Virus record (IMG/VR): IMGVR_UViG_3300032309_001318
Location: 20,540 to 84,539 of that record
Length of the DNA: 64,000 nucleotides
Direction: 5' to 3' (one strand)
Origin: a virus
Position numbers and translations under genes: made by a program. The stretch's first letter is position 1. Every line of letters begins with the position of its first letter. Below, one piece after another: positions 26,989 to 37,722 of the stretch. The notes below the pieces were generated by a model. The model saw nothing but the letters and a program-made list of their open reading frames with translations. It was not told where the DNA came from and made no database searches.

Positions 26989-29022
26989 ATGATAACAGCT
27001 TCAACTAATTTAAAGAATACACTTTATAATAACACTAACATTCAAATAGACTCAGGATGCTATATTGAATATAACATGAATAATATGCTTGACAATATTT
27101 CTGCAACAAACAATATCTCTGATTCGTCATACACAGGTCAAATTACCAATGCAATAGGGCAAGCATCTTGGCCCTCAAGCCGACCAAATCCTTATAAAAA
27201 ATTATTCCCCGTAGACTCATTAATAAAACCCTTTAGGCCTTTAAGCTCAGGAATTAAATATTTTATTATGGCAGATGCTGATACATACACAAATTCATTT
27301 TCATCATACAGATCAGTAAAGTACCCAGAGACACAACCAAGAATATATTATCCTGGAGTTGAAACATTTTACAAGTATTGGGTAACACCTATAAACACGG
27401 GCGCAAATGTAACAGTTAATTATGCAACATCTGGTACACGGTATGCCCTTACAAATAAAATAGTATTAAGATTTGAAAAAAACCATACACTGCCATCAAC
27501 TTATACTGTAACAATAACAAAATCAGATAACACTCAAACAATAATTGCAAATGCTTTGTCGACTCCATCTAGCGGAAATGTGGAGTTATATTATAATGGA
27601 ACTTCTTGGTCTGCCACACAACCAACAGAGCCAATGTCTTTTGGATCTCCAATTTCAATTAAATCAATTACAGTTACAACACCAAGTGCTGGTGTTGGTA
27701 AAATTATAGGATTGATAGAGGTATCAGCAAGATGGATTAAAGACATATCATCGGATGTTGTATCTTTTCAAATTAATAAAGAGTCTTCTTCATCATCCGA
27801 AGACATCTTGCCAGTAGGAAAAGTAACGGCAAATAGTTTAAACTTAAGTTTGGCTAAGTACAATCAGTCAGCACCTCAATATATTTCATACAATAGGACC
27901 TCAACATTGGATAGTTCATTAACCTATATTTACAAAAATGCAATTTTAAATCCGTATTTTAAAATATATCATTCAAACGGAGCAATAACAGAAGGCTCCA
28001 AAAAATACGATAAAGTTTCTCAAGGATACTACTATACAGACAGTTGGGAGATAGATACTTACGGAGAATCATCAATAACAGCATTAGATAATACAAAGTA
28101 TTTAATGGAGACGGTAGCCCCAGACATACTGTGTGAATACTATCCCGCAACTGCAGTTATAAGAAGGCTGCTAGATTCCGTAGGATTTACAAATTACTCA
28201 TTTAACCTAACATCAGATACCGATTCGTCTATTCCATTTATTAATTATTTTTGGACAGATGGCTCTAAGACTGTATGGGAAAATATTCAAGAGCTATGTA
28301 GAGACATACAAATGAATGCCGTTATGGACGAAAACAATATTTTACAGTTTTATAGCAGAAATTATATGTATTCAAGAACAGAAAAAACTTGGAATTTCTA
28401 TTATGAAAAAGATGGGGACTCTCTTCCAAATATAATTGATTTTGATCAAAAAGAAATAGCCTCTGCCAACCAAGTTAAAGTTTTATGGTCTACTCCAATA
28501 TCATCTAGTTATTTAGGTGCGTCTGGCCCACTGTGGCAGTCACCGACTTCATATTTAATTGCTGGTGGATTGAAAGAAACTTTAACGTCAACTAGTACTA
28601 AAATAATATTAGATTTAGGAACTTTAGATAAATATAGCAAATTCCAATCTGGATTTAATTTTAACGGATACTTTATGATAGACTCAGAAATAATAGAGTT
28701 TGATGCAATAGGTTATCAATATATTCCAAAAGAACTAAGCCCTTCTACAATTTATGACGCATTAACAGAAACAAACGTTTCAAATAATGGATCGAACTTT
28801 ATAAATATTTGGATAGAAAACTCAGCAGATGTAAATAAATATAGAAACTTTTCAAAAGTAGGAACTGCAGACATAAACTCAGAAATTTACTTTAAACCAA
28901 ACGGAGCATATAGAGTTAAAGCAAGAGGTGCTCTGGGAACTACAGCAGCGGCACATAATGCTAGCGGTGTGCCCTCAACAGAATATTTTTGGACTGGAAC
29001 TTTGGTGACTCAAAATGCGTGA
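26989..29022 (+). CDS. Minor tail protein (hub/baseplate, N-part)
   Basis: Synteny; VWE.IQELC.D.Q.....DE...LQF, IDSEIIEFDAI.Y. Confidence 0.65.
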   Translation: MITASTNLKNTLYNNTNIQIDSGCYIEYNMNNMLDNISATNNISDSSYTGQITNAIGQASWPSSRPNPYKKLFPVDSLIKPFRPLSSGIKYFIMADADTYTNSFSSYRSVKYPETQPRIYYPGVETFYKYWVTPINTGANVTVNYATSGTRYALTNKIVLRFEKNHTLPSTYTVTITKSDNTQTIIANALSTPSSGNVELYYNGTSWSATQPTEPMSFGSPISIKSITVTTPSAGVGKIIGLIEVSARWIKDISSDVVSFQINKESSSSSEDILPVGKVTANSLNLSLAKYNQSAPQYISYNRTSTLDSSLTYIYKNAILNPYFKIYHSNGAITEGSKKYDKVSQGYYYTDSWEIDTYGESSITALDNTKYLMETVAPDILCEYYPATAVIRRLLDSVGFTNYSFNLTSDTDSSIPFINYFWTDGSKTVWENIQELCRDIQMNAVMDENNILQFYSRNYMYSRTEKTWNFYYEKDGDSLPNIIDFDQKEIASANQVKVLWSTPISSSYLGASGPLWQSPTSYLIAGGLKETLTSTSTKIILDLGTLDKYSKFQSGFNFNGYFMIDSEIIEFDAIGYQYIPKELSPSTIYDALTETNVSNNGSNFINIWIENSADVNKYRNFSKVGTADINSEIYFKPNGAYRVKARGALGTTAAAHNASGVPSTEYFWTGTLVTQNA

Positions 29023-30724
29023 TATATATCCAATTGGAGGATCCTACACTGGGCTAGCATTTGTTAAAAATTTAGTAATAAAACCACTCTCATACACCTC
29101 AGTAGAAATAAATATAGACACGTACGAATGGTCTGTTAACCCAACATCGTACAGTATTTATATACAAAAAAAGATATACTCTGGCGGGGTGTGGGTAAAC
29201 GACCCAGCATCTGCAGAAGTTTCATTAAGCAAAACTGCCGATCCTTTTGTTATTGATAATTTAATCATGGGAGCAACCTATGATTTTCAAGTAGTGCCAT
29301 ATCTAAATTCAAACATGGGCTACGGAATACAGCAAAAAGATTACACAATGCCAACTGATGGAATTTCCATACAAACGCTTTCATCTACTCCAAAAGATTT
29401 TAAAGTGGCAAAATCATACATGGCTTTATCTGTTACAGAGCAAGACTACTTGGCAAAAAGATACGCTATTGCTTCTAGAGAATTTCCAGCTATCGTTGTT
29501 CCAACAACAAAAACAGTTTCTCAGGTAAATGGAAATGAATACAATGTGGGATACTTTTCTTATGGCACTAGTTTAATTTTAGATAATACTGTTGAAAATC
29601 CAAATCAGATGGGGGGTCTGGGATTTTTTGTAAATAGCTTGGGGCAAACTGGATACTATATTTTAATAGAATCCACATCGTCAGCAGCAGCAGCAGATAA
29701 AAAATCAGTAAGAATTGTTAAGTTTGTAGGAAATAAAGTAAAGCCATTAAAAGAAATTGGAACAAGAACAGAGTCTACAGTAGAAGGAATCTATGGCGGA
29801 AGAATATATAATATTGATGTAAAAGTAAAAATAGAAAACAGAGTCGTAAATATTGATGCTTATATAAATGGCTATAAAGTTAGCTATCAAGACTCAACCG
29901 TTAAAACAGCAAATAAGGTTGCCCTACTAGAAACATCTATTCTTGCACCAACTAATAAAGTTGCAGTTATATGTGGCCGTGGCGAAGTTGCATTTGATTA
30001 TGTTTACGGAAATGAATTAAAAGATTATCAGTACGTAGATGCAAGCTTTGATGTAAATCTATATCAAGGTCAATTTGGAAATGATTTAATTAATACTTCA
30101 TTTGGAGACCTCTCATATGTCGGAAACTATTCTCAAGATGAGATAGCGATTGGAAACAAAAAGCTAACCGCTCTAGACGAGTTTGGAACAGTTGTAAGAG
30201 AAATTTTAAAAGTAGATGTTAAATATGATACAAGGCCATCGTATCCAATTAAATGGAGCACTGGTATAAATCAATATGCAAGTATTATTGGTCAAAAAAT
30301 ATCTAACTTTGGAGCACAAGCATATATATTAAACAATACATCTACTAGCATACCAGTATCAAATGGACTTGAAGCAAGCCTTTATATATATGGAAATACT
30401 TTAGGAAGTTCTGGGGAGCTAGAATATAAAACAGACGGGCTAAATGATTACGCAACTGCAGAGCCAGTTATATTTCAATCTTCATGGCTTCAAAACGAAG
30501 CGGACGTAAAAGCCCTTGCCTTATGGATTAAAAGTAATGTTATTAACAAAGGTAAACTAGTAGATATGTCAATATTTGGAAACCCACTTATTTCGGTAGG
30601 AGACATAGTTGGAATTAACTACTCTTATCATGGATTATCTGGAGAAGGAAATTTTATAGTAACTAATGTAAAGCATTCATATTCTCAAGGACTGGAGACT
30701 CAAATAACCTGTCGAACCTTATAG
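29015..30724 (+). CDS. Minor tail protein (hub/baseplate, C-part)
   Basis: FN3-like N-terminus (DNLIMGATYDFQV); C-terminal GNPLISVGDIV.I typical of tail hub proteins. Confidence 0.65.
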   Translation: MRDIYPIGGSYTGLAFVKNLVIKPLSYTSVEINIDTYEWSVNPTSYSIYIQKKIYSGGVWVNDPASAEVSLSKTADPFVIDNLIMGATYDFQVVPYLNSNMGYGIQQKDYTMPTDGISIQTLSSTPKDFKVAKSYMALSVTEQDYLAKRYAIASREFPAIVVPTTKTVSQVNGNEYNVGYFSYGTSLILDNTVENPNQMGGLGFFVNSLGQTGYYILIESTSSAAAADKKSVRIVKFVGNKVKPLKEIGTRTESTVEGIYGGRIYNIDVKVKIENRVVNIDAYINGYKVSYQDSTVKTANKVALLETSILAPTNKVAVICGRGEVAFDYVYGNELKDYQYVDASFDVNLYQGQFGNDLINTSFGDLSYVGNYSQDEIAIGNKKLTALDEFGTVVREILKVDVKYDTRPSYPIKWSTGINQYASIIGQKISNFGAQAYILNNTSTSIPVSNGLEASLYIYGNTLGSSGELEYKTDGLNDYATAEPVIFQSSWLQNEADVKALALWIKSNVINKGKLVDMSIFGNPLISVGDIVGINYSYHGLSGEGNFIVTNVKHSYSQGLETQITCRTL

Positions 30725-30730
30725 GCGAAA

Positions 30731-30739
30731 TGGTATAAT
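30731..30739 (+). promoter_or_regulatory. Extended -10 promoter TGgTATAAT, leaderless
   Basis: ATG 30745 lies 5 nt after TATAAT. Confidence 0.65.
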
Positions 30740-30744
30740 AAAAT

Positions 30745-31545
30745 ATGGCTAAAAATATTAGAACAGACATTAAGGATATCACTAGAGGATCAGTAATAGC
30801 CCTTCCAGTAGACCACCCAGACGCTATACATCTGCATCCAAATGACTATATTGCAGTTAAAGGTGGATCAATAGACTATTCTAAATATTTAAATTCTAAT
30901 CCTTACGCATACATATCTACACCAGACACATTAGAAAATCAAGATATTTTAGCGGGAGATCCAATAACAATAGATGAAATGTTAGACATTCCATCATTAA
31001 GCGATATAGAGAGCGTTGTTTATGAACCATATTATGACACTGTTTCTAAATTACAAAAAGTTAGAGCATTAATTAAAATTAGAAACTCCAGTAAAAATCC
31101 AACTAATATTGCAGGTGTAGACGCAAGAATATTTAACCCTAGCACAATAGTGCCAGTTGTTTCAAATACAAGCACTACAAAGTCTGTAGAATTTATTACT
31201 CCGTCTCCAGGTGTCCCAAATGTTGTATTCAAAAGAGACTCAACCGCAATTGCATGGGGTTGGGACAATGTTTCTGGACTTGGATCATATTCTTCTGTAT
31301 CATATCAATGGATAATTAGCTCATCAAGCGGAGCCTCAGCAGCAACATTAGATAGCGGAACATTAACATACTCAACATCTACAAGTAAGCAAATAGGAAT
31401 TGGTGGAAGCATGAAGCAGTATAGAGTAAGTTCTAGAGATGGAAATACTAGTGCTACATCTTCACCAAGATGGCTAAGAGTAAGGACAGTTGTAGTGGGA
31501 ACAAATGGTACTACATATAGTTCTAGTTACTCTACACCAATTTAA
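30745..31545 (+). CDS. Minor tail protein with a Ser/Thr-rich C-terminal beta domain
   Basis: Tail module position; C-terminal domain homologous to that of 34558. Confidence 0.6.
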   Translation: MAKNIRTDIKDITRGSVIALPVDHPDAIHLHPNDYIAVKGGSIDYSKYLNSNPYAYISTPDTLENQDILAGDPITIDEMLDIPSLSDIESVVYEPYYDTVSKLQKVRALIKIRNSSKNPTNIAGVDARIFNPSTIVPVVSNTSTTKSVEFITPSPGVPNVVFKRDSTAIAWGWDNVSGLGSYSSVSYQWIISSSSGASAATLDSGTLTYSTSTSKQIGIGGSMKQYRVSSRDGNTSATSSPRWLRVRTVVVGTNGTTYSSSYSTPI

Positions 31546-31555
31546 TAGGAGAATA

Positions 31556-32626
31556 ATGATAACAAAATTTGGAAAAAGATTTTTAACCGATCAAATGGCT
31601 GGCAACGTATCTGGTTTAAATAAGGACATTGCCATAGGAATTGACTACACCGCAGATACTGAAAATGATACTAGACTTGGGTTCGAGTTCTACAGAGTTC
31701 CAGTTTCATTTGGAACTACAGATATACAAACATTAGACGGAATCACATCTTACTCAGTAATTTTTAAAGCAACAATTCCACAAGATGTTGAAGGTCACAT
31801 TAACGAGATAGGTCTTTATCCATCAACAAGGTCTTCAATAAATAACTTTGACAGTAAATTTATAACAGATTTTGCAACCTACACAGACTGGACAGACACA
31901 GACGGATTTAAATCAGACTATTTAACTGGAAGCCAAAGAATTGGAAACACTATACTACTTATGCAGTCAGCTGCAACTTCTGCAAACGAATATATTCAAA
32001 ACACAGTTAATTTAGATTTATCTGGATATAGCGCTAATGATACTTTAAGATTGGCATATTACAAACAAGATGAAAATTTAGCATCTATAAAAATTAGATT
32101 CTATAGCTCAGACACAGAATATTTTGAAAAAGTAATTACACCAGCATCTGGGACTGGAAACAAATTAACTGCAGACATCCCAATGTCAGAAATTTTTAAT
32201 GGGGCAACAGCCGTAGCACCAGATAAGTCATCTATTATAAAAATAGGAATAATTATAACCCCATCTGCAGGACAGACAACTTACGTTGGATTTGATGGAT
32301 TAAGAATAAATGATGAAGACACATTTGATCCAAACTTTGGATTAATTGGAAGATCTGTTGTATCTACAACAACTACAGTGTCTGGAGTATCTGGGCAAAG
32401 TACTATAACGGTAGGTTCTGTTAATAATTTATTTATAGGACAACCCGTATCTGGAACTGGAATAGCGACAGGTGCTTTAATTAGCAGCATATCAGATACA
32501 ACAATTACCCTTTCATTAAGCAATACAGGAACAGTTTCTGGAAATGGAACTTTTTATGGAATTAAAAAACTTGCTGGAAGATCTTTAGATCTTGAGTATA
32601 AATTAGATTTGGACTGGAATATCTAG
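31556..32626 (+). CDS. Minor tail protein
   Basis: Start moved to ATG 31556 (AGGAG RBS). MITKFGKRFL, L.FEFYRVP, INEIGLY. Confidence 0.65.
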   Translation: MITKFGKRFLTDQMAGNVSGLNKDIAIGIDYTADTENDTRLGFEFYRVPVSFGTTDIQTLDGITSYSVIFKATIPQDVEGHINEIGLYPSTRSSINNFDSKFITDFATYTDWTDTDGFKSDYLTGSQRIGNTILLMQSAATSANEYIQNTVNLDLSGYSANDTLRLAYYKQDENLASIKIRFYSSDTEYFEKVITPASGTGNKLTADIPMSEIFNGATAVAPDKSSIIKIGIIITPSAGQTTYVGFDGLRINDEDTFDPNFGLIGRSVVSTTTTVSGVSGQSTITVGSVNNLFIGQPVSGTGIATGALISSISDTTITLSLSNTGTVSGNGTFYGIKKLAGRSLDLEYKLDLDWNI

Positions 32627-32627
32627 G

Positions 32628-34553
32628 ATGGCAGCGTATCAAGATTTGTTAAAAGATAACTCCGTTGCAGTTGAAAACGGAAATTATTTTATTGTAACAG
32701 TAACAGACCTTGATTTAAATGAAAACTATCCAATTCAATTTAGATGGAAATACCAAGATGGCACATTTGGATTATGGTCAGCATCTAAACTATTAACAAC
32801 CATAGGAGAAACTTTACCAGGAAGTCCAAATTTATCTTTAACAGATGTTGTTGGCGATGATGGATTTATTAAAATTACTTGGAACGGTAATGATAAATCT
32901 GGTAAGCCAATAACAAATATAGATAGAGTAGATATTTTTATTGATGGATCTCCATTTGATGCAACAAAAGCTGCAGCAAGCTTTAAGGTAGCTGGAACAC
33001 AAACAATAGCAGCACCAGCAGGAGATTATTTAGTAGCTCTATACGCTATTTCAAGCTATGGAAGTAAATCAGCGGTCAGCGATGCAAGACTTGTAACTGT
33101 TTATAAATCTGGACAATCTGCTATAAACCCAGAAGACCCTTCTGCACCAGAAGTAACAGCAGGACTAGCATCAGTAATTGTTGAGTGGGATGGAAAGAAA
33201 AATGACGGAGAAGGCGGAGTTGAAAATTTTACTCCAGGGTCTTTTGCGGGAGCAAAAGTATTTATTGGTACCACTGCAGATTTTGTCACAAGTGATAACA
33301 ATTGGGTACATACATTAAACTTTGCAAACGGATCTAATAAGGTTTCAATAGGAGTAGGCACAGTTATTAATAAATCTACTGGCGCTACATTACAATATGG
33401 AGTTCCTTATTATGTAAAAATAGACACAATTAATTCTAATAATTTAGCCAACGGACAACCAGTATCAGCAAGCGGAAACCCAATAACAGTAGATATGCTT
33501 CCTGCAAGCGAAATTAAAACAGGATTCCTAGACGCAGATGCTTATATTAAAGCTGGCGCAAGTGGTGGAGCAAGAGTTGAAATAGGTGGATCTACTACAC
33601 CATTAGTTATTTATGGAACAGATGGAACAACAGAATTATTAAAATTTACTGGAGGGTCTACAGGAACATTAGCTATTAATGGATCTGGAACATTTACTGG
33701 AAATCTTTCTATTGGCACAGGCGATACAGTTTTCAAAGCAGAGCCAGCAACTGGAATATGGCTAGGAGACGCAGACTATGCAGACGCAGATTTTAGAGTT
33801 GCAACAAATGGTGTTATAAGAGCAAAAGCAGGAACTGTTGGAGGATGGAACTTAGCAGAATCGTATTTACAAAACTCAACAGGTACACTTAAAATAAATA
33901 GCGGAGATAGTCCATCTATTTATCTGGGGCCAGCTTCTGGCGCACATATAAGACTGTCACCAGATTCAATAACACATTATAATGGCGGATCACCAAGTAA
34001 TAAGTTTACATTAACAACATCAAACGGAAATATATATTTATCTGGAAATATTACAGCAGGATCTAATATTACTGGATCTACAATTACTGGAAGTACCATA
34101 ACTGGATCAGATATTAGCTCTACTGGTATCGGGGCCTATAACGGTACACTAACAATAAGTGGAGGATACATAACTCATGGCAGCGGAGTTTGGATTAACT
34201 CTCCTGAATTTTCAGTAGGTACATTTGCTGGTAACGTTGGATATTTTAGTACAAAAACAGATGGAAGCTCTTATTTAGGAAATAGTAATTCATCTAGTTT
34301 AGCTTTTAGAATAGATATTTCCCAATCTGGAACTTTTGCAAGGGGATACCATTTAAATAATCTTGGAGCCGCAGAGTTCCATCAGCCAGATCCAAACGGG
34401 TACAGTCCATCAAGAACAGTTGTTGTTGGAGACGGTGATGGTTGGCTACACACAGGAAGAGCATTTTACTATGGATCACAAGGAACTTCTTCAACAATTA
34501 ATAGTGTAACTGGCTCCGCCCGAATAGGCGACATATTTTTTAGTACGAGTTGA
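32628..34553 (+). CDS. Tail fibre/spike-like protein with FN3-like domains
   Basis: ITWNG and VEWDG domains, GTVGGW, GS(N/T)ITG repeats, C-terminal GDIFF. Confidence 0.65.
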   Translation: MAAYQDLLKDNSVAVENGNYFIVTVTDLDLNENYPIQFRWKYQDGTFGLWSASKLLTTIGETLPGSPNLSLTDVVGDDGFIKITWNGNDKSGKPITNIDRVDIFIDGSPFDATKAAASFKVAGTQTIAAPAGDYLVALYAISSYGSKSAVSDARLVTVYKSGQSAINPEDPSAPEVTAGLASVIVEWDGKKNDGEGGVENFTPGSFAGAKVFIGTTADFVTSDNNWVHTLNFANGSNKVSIGVGTVINKSTGATLQYGVPYYVKIDTINSNNLANGQPVSASGNPITVDMLPASEIKTGFLDADAYIKAGASGGARVEIGGSTTPLVIYGTDGTTELLKFTGGSTGTLAINGSGTFTGNLSIGTGDTVFKAEPATGIWLGDADYADADFRVATNGVIRAKAGTVGGWNLAESYLQNSTGTLKINSGDSPSIYLGPASGAHIRLSPDSITHYNGGSPSNKFTLTTSNGNIYLSGNITAGSNITGSTITGSTITGSDISSTGIGAYNGTLTISGGYITHGSGVWINSPEFSVGTFAGNVGYFSTKTDGSSYLGNSNSSSLAFRIDISQSGTFARGYHLNNLGAAEFHQPDPNGYSPSRTVVVGDGDGWLHTGRAFYYGSQGTSSTINSVTGSARIGDIFFSTS

Positions 34554-34557
34554 TAAT

Positions 34558-36993
34558 ATGACAGTATGGACAAAAACTGGAAACTCTACTTGGACAAAAA
34601 TAAACTCTATATTTAATAAAACAGGTGCAACTACTTGGACAGAACTTTTAGGGGTATGGGTAAAAACGGCAGCAAGTACATGGACAAGAGTATTTACAAG
34701 ATTGTCAGTTCCAGCCAATACAGTGGCACCAGCAATTACTGGCAGTCAATATTTATACGGCACATTAAGTGGAACACTTGGAACATGGACAGCACCAAAT
34801 GGAACTAACTCTTATGCTAGACTATGGCAAAGTGCTGCAAACAGCAACGGAACTCCAGGATCATATTCAAGTACGGGTGGAACATCTAGTACATTTACAA
34901 CTACTTTAAATGAAAATGGCAGATGGGTTAGATTAAGAGTAACTGCAACAAATTTAAGTGGAGACTCTGTTGCATTTTCAAATGAAGTTTTAATTACAAA
35001 ATACGCCCCAGTAGCCTTAACAATTCCAGTAATTAGCGGATCTCCATCAGTTAATTCAACTTTAACAGCATTAACAACGGTTGGTACATATTGGAAAAAT
35101 ACTACAACAAATTCAGGGGACACAGCACCAGATAGTTTTTCTTATAGATGGCATCAAGGAGATACTGGAAATAACATAGGAACAGATTCCTCTACATATA
35201 TTGTTCAACCCTCCGATATTGATCACACAATAAGAGTAGAAGTAACAGCTACAAATACTGGTGGATCTGCATCTTCAACAAGCAGTGCAACATCAACAGT
35301 CGGTCAGGCGGTAGGAATATCAAATATTGCATTTAAAGATTCAAATGATAATAATGGATTTAACAATAGAGGTAACTTAGTTACTGCAACATCAACAAAA
35401 TTAAGTTGGAAAGTTTCTGGTATAAATTCTTTAACAACATTTAGAGTAAGATATAGAGTATTTAATAATCAAACCTCAGCGTACTGGAACCCATACACAG
35501 TGACAGCAGCAGCTGCATCTGCGGCATGGGATGAATACGTATCTGACTATTACAATACTGGGGGCATCAGCAATGTAACGATATCAGGTAGTGATGCTTA
35601 TTTGTATGATGTATTTCAAATTAATGAAACATTTAATGGGTCAACATATGGTGGTGGAATTTCAAGGTGGACATGGGAGTATGAAATAAGTGCAGTGATA
35701 GCTGGAGTTAGATATTATTGGGTACCAGGCGACACTGTTAGTACATCACAAACTAATGATTATTATAATATTGATCCTACGTCTTTGGGCACTATTACTG
35801 CTACACCAACTTCTGGTGGCCCAGGAACATCTGTAACGTTTTCAGGAACAATTCAGAGTTATCCCTCAGCATTAAATTCCTATCCATATGCGTATAGAGT
35901 TGTTTATGGAGATGGAAATAGTAGTGGTTGGATCAACCAATCATATGGAACTGCTAATCCAACTTACAGCTTATCAAATATCTACAATTCAACTGGATCT
36001 TATACCGCTTATGTAGAAACAATACCAAATTATTCATTCAATACAGCATCAGTATCAATTCAAAATGTCTTAACAGCACCATCTATTTATAATGTAACTG
36101 CTGGTGATTCTAGTGGACAACCAGTGTCAGTTTACTTTACTGGAGGGTCTGGTCCTTTTTATCAAATGTACTGGACTACTGGATCTGCGCCAACAAGCGC
36201 AGTAACACCAGATGGTTCAGGATCATCTAATCCAGTAATTGATCCTTCTGGACCTACTGTTGCAAGCTCTCCTAGCGTTATTTGGTATGCATATATTAGG
36301 TCTGTCTCATCAGTTGGAGAAACAAGTGTTGGTCCTTCAGCACTAGCAAGCGCTTGGAGCGTTGGATATCAGTTTACTGTTACTCAAGCCCCAATTATTC
36401 CTACCATATCTGGATTAAACGCAACTTCAATAGGTACTACTAGCGCAACAATTTCTTGGTCTTCTACAAATCAATCTTCATATAGTATAAGCGGAGGCCC
36501 AACATTTTTAACTGGTACTACCTCTAAGTCAGTAGTTTTAGGTGGTTTATCCCCAAGTACTTTTTATAATATTACAGTAACGGTAACATCTTCTAGCGGT
36601 AACACAGCTGAGGCTAGCGTTGGATTTAATACAGCATCTTCATTCGTTACTCCCTCTATATCATTAAGTACTAACCCACCAGCATTTGCTAGATCAGGAT
36701 CAACATTTAACTGGGGATGGAACAACGCTTTTTGGAGTGGAAGTACTTCTGGAAACCCTAGCTACCCATGGAGAATTCGTTCTGGAAGCTCTAGTGGAAC
36801 CATTATTGCCAGCGGAACTAGATCATACACAACAGGAACTAGAAGCGTTGGAGGCACCCAATATAATTACAGAATAGGAACAACAGATGGAGATACTCCA
36901 ACAACTACTGCTGGTAGGTGGGGAAGCTATCAAGCAACAATATTAGGAACTAATGGTCAGACATATTCTTCAGGATTCTCGGCTAGCGTATAA
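34558..36993 (+). CDS. Tail fibre / receptor-binding protein with Ig-like and FN3 domains
   Basis: N-terminal triple K....TWT repeat; P.I.G Ig-like repeats (VTATN..G); FN3 (ATISW...GLSPSTFYNITV); very Ser/Thr-rich. Confidence 0.7.
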   Translation: MTVWTKTGNSTWTKINSIFNKTGATTWTELLGVWVKTAASTWTRVFTRLSVPANTVAPAITGSQYLYGTLSGTLGTWTAPNGTNSYARLWQSAANSNGTPGSYSSTGGTSSTFTTTLNENGRWVRLRVTATNLSGDSVAFSNEVLITKYAPVALTIPVISGSPSVNSTLTALTTVGTYWKNTTTNSGDTAPDSFSYRWHQGDTGNNIGTDSSTYIVQPSDIDHTIRVEVTATNTGGSASSTSSATSTVGQAVGISNIAFKDSNDNNGFNNRGNLVTATSTKLSWKVSGINSLTTFRVRYRVFNNQTSAYWNPYTVTAAAASAAWDEYVSDYYNTGGISNVTISGSDAYLYDVFQINETFNGSTYGGGISRWTWEYEISAVIAGVRYYWVPGDTVSTSQTNDYYNIDPTSLGTITATPTSGGPGTSVTFSGTIQSYPSALNSYPYAYRVVYGDGNSSGWINQSYGTANPTYSLSNIYNSTGSYTAYVETIPNYSFNTASVSIQNVLTAPSIYNVTAGDSSGQPVSVYFTGGSGPFYQMYWTTGSAPTSAVTPDGSGSSNPVIDPSGPTVASSPSVIWYAYIRSVSSVGETSVGPSALASAWSVGYQFTVTQAPIIPTISGLNATSIGTTSATISWSSTNQSSYSISGGPTFLTGTTSKSVVLGGLSPSTFYNITVTVTSSSGNTAEASVGFNTASSFVTPSISLSTNPPAFARSGSTFNWGWNNAFWSGSTSGNPSYPWRIRSGSSSGTIIASGTRSYTTGTRSVGGTQYNYRIGTTDGDTPTTTAGRWGSYQATILGTNGQTYSSGFSASV

Positions 36994-37019
36994 AATGACC
37001 TTTACAGGTTATTTAAAAA

Positions 37020-37028
37020 TGATATAAT
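37020..37028 (+). promoter_or_regulatory. Extended -10 promoter TGaTATAAT preceded by a hairpin
   Basis: Inverted repeat AAATGACCT/AGGTTATTT at 36993-37014 just upstream. Confidence 0.55.
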
Positions 37029-37054
37029 AGAACAAATATAAGAAAGGTAAATTA

Positions 37055-37276
37055 ATGACAAGCCCTGATTTAAATAATGAACAAAAAATAGCAATAATTA
37101 ATGCCCATATTATGGAATTAAAAGCCGAACAATACAGTCACGAAATTAGAAAAGTAGAACTAGAAACAATATCAAGCACGGATAATGAAATTTATTCAAA
37201 TATTGTTAGAATAATTGGAGACTATAATTTACAAATTTCTACTCTAGAGTCTTTAAAATCTAACTTGCCAGCATGA
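37055..37276 (+). CDS. Small coiled-coil protein, paralog of 37308
   Basis: L..E.K..II..HI..L....Y..EI shared with the next ORF. Confidence 0.7.
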   Translation: MTSPDLNNEQKIAIINAHIMELKAEQYSHEIRKVELETISSTDNEIYSNIVRIIGDYNLQISTLESLKSNLPA

Positions 37277-37292
37277 ATTTAAATGCTATAAT
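37265..37292 (+). promoter_or_regulatory. Promoter TTGCCA-N16-TATAAT with extended TG
   Basis: Upstream of the AGGAGG RBS of 37308. Confidence 0.55.
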
Positions 37293-37307
37293 ACAAAAGG
37301 AGGAAAA

Positions 37308-37535
37308 ATGACTATTAACTTAACAAAAGAAGAAAAAGCTCAGATTATATCTTCGCATATCAAAAATTTAAATTATACAAAATATAATTTAGAAATTGAT
37401 ATTGTTCAGGAAAATGCTAAGGCCACCCCATCAGCAAGTGCATTAACTAATTTTAATACACAAATAGATGAGGTTGACGATCAAATAGCAGCACTTCAAA
37501 CACAACTAACAGCAGTTAATGCTTTAACGGAATAG
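37308..37535 (+). CDS. Small coiled-coil protein
   Basis: AGGAGG RBS; heptad pattern. Confidence 0.75.
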   Translation: MTINLTKEEKAQIISSHIKNLNYTKYNLEIDIVQENAKATPSASALTNFNTQIDEVDDQIAALQTQLTAVNALTE

Positions 37536-37542
37536 AGATAAA

Positions 37543-37722
37543 TTGGAAAAAGCAGAACTAGTAATAACAGCACTACAACAGCGTATAGGGGAAATTGTAT
37601 CTAATTATGAAACTCAGATTGCAGTACTACGTGCAGAAATTACTCAACTTATTGATGAAAAGCAGGAACGTGAAAAGTCTATTCAAGAATACTCAGACTC
37701 TCTTAATAACATCACCGACTAA
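37543..37722 (+). CDS. Small coiled-coil protein (59 aa, not in ORF track)
   Basis: TTG start; MEKAELVITALQQRIGEIVSNYETQIAVLRAEITQLIDEK...NNITD*. Confidence 0.7.
   Translation: MEKAELVITALQQRIGEIVSNYETQIAVLRAEITQLIDEKQEREKSIQEYSDSLNNITD

Noticed and set aside
34041-34120. GS(N/T)ITG repeats in the tail protein
   Set aside because: Common low-complexity beta-repeat in phage tail fibres.
37595-37669. 5' extension of track ORF 37595-38068
   Set aside because: Overlaps the better-supported 37543-37722 gene; GTG 37670 has an RBS.
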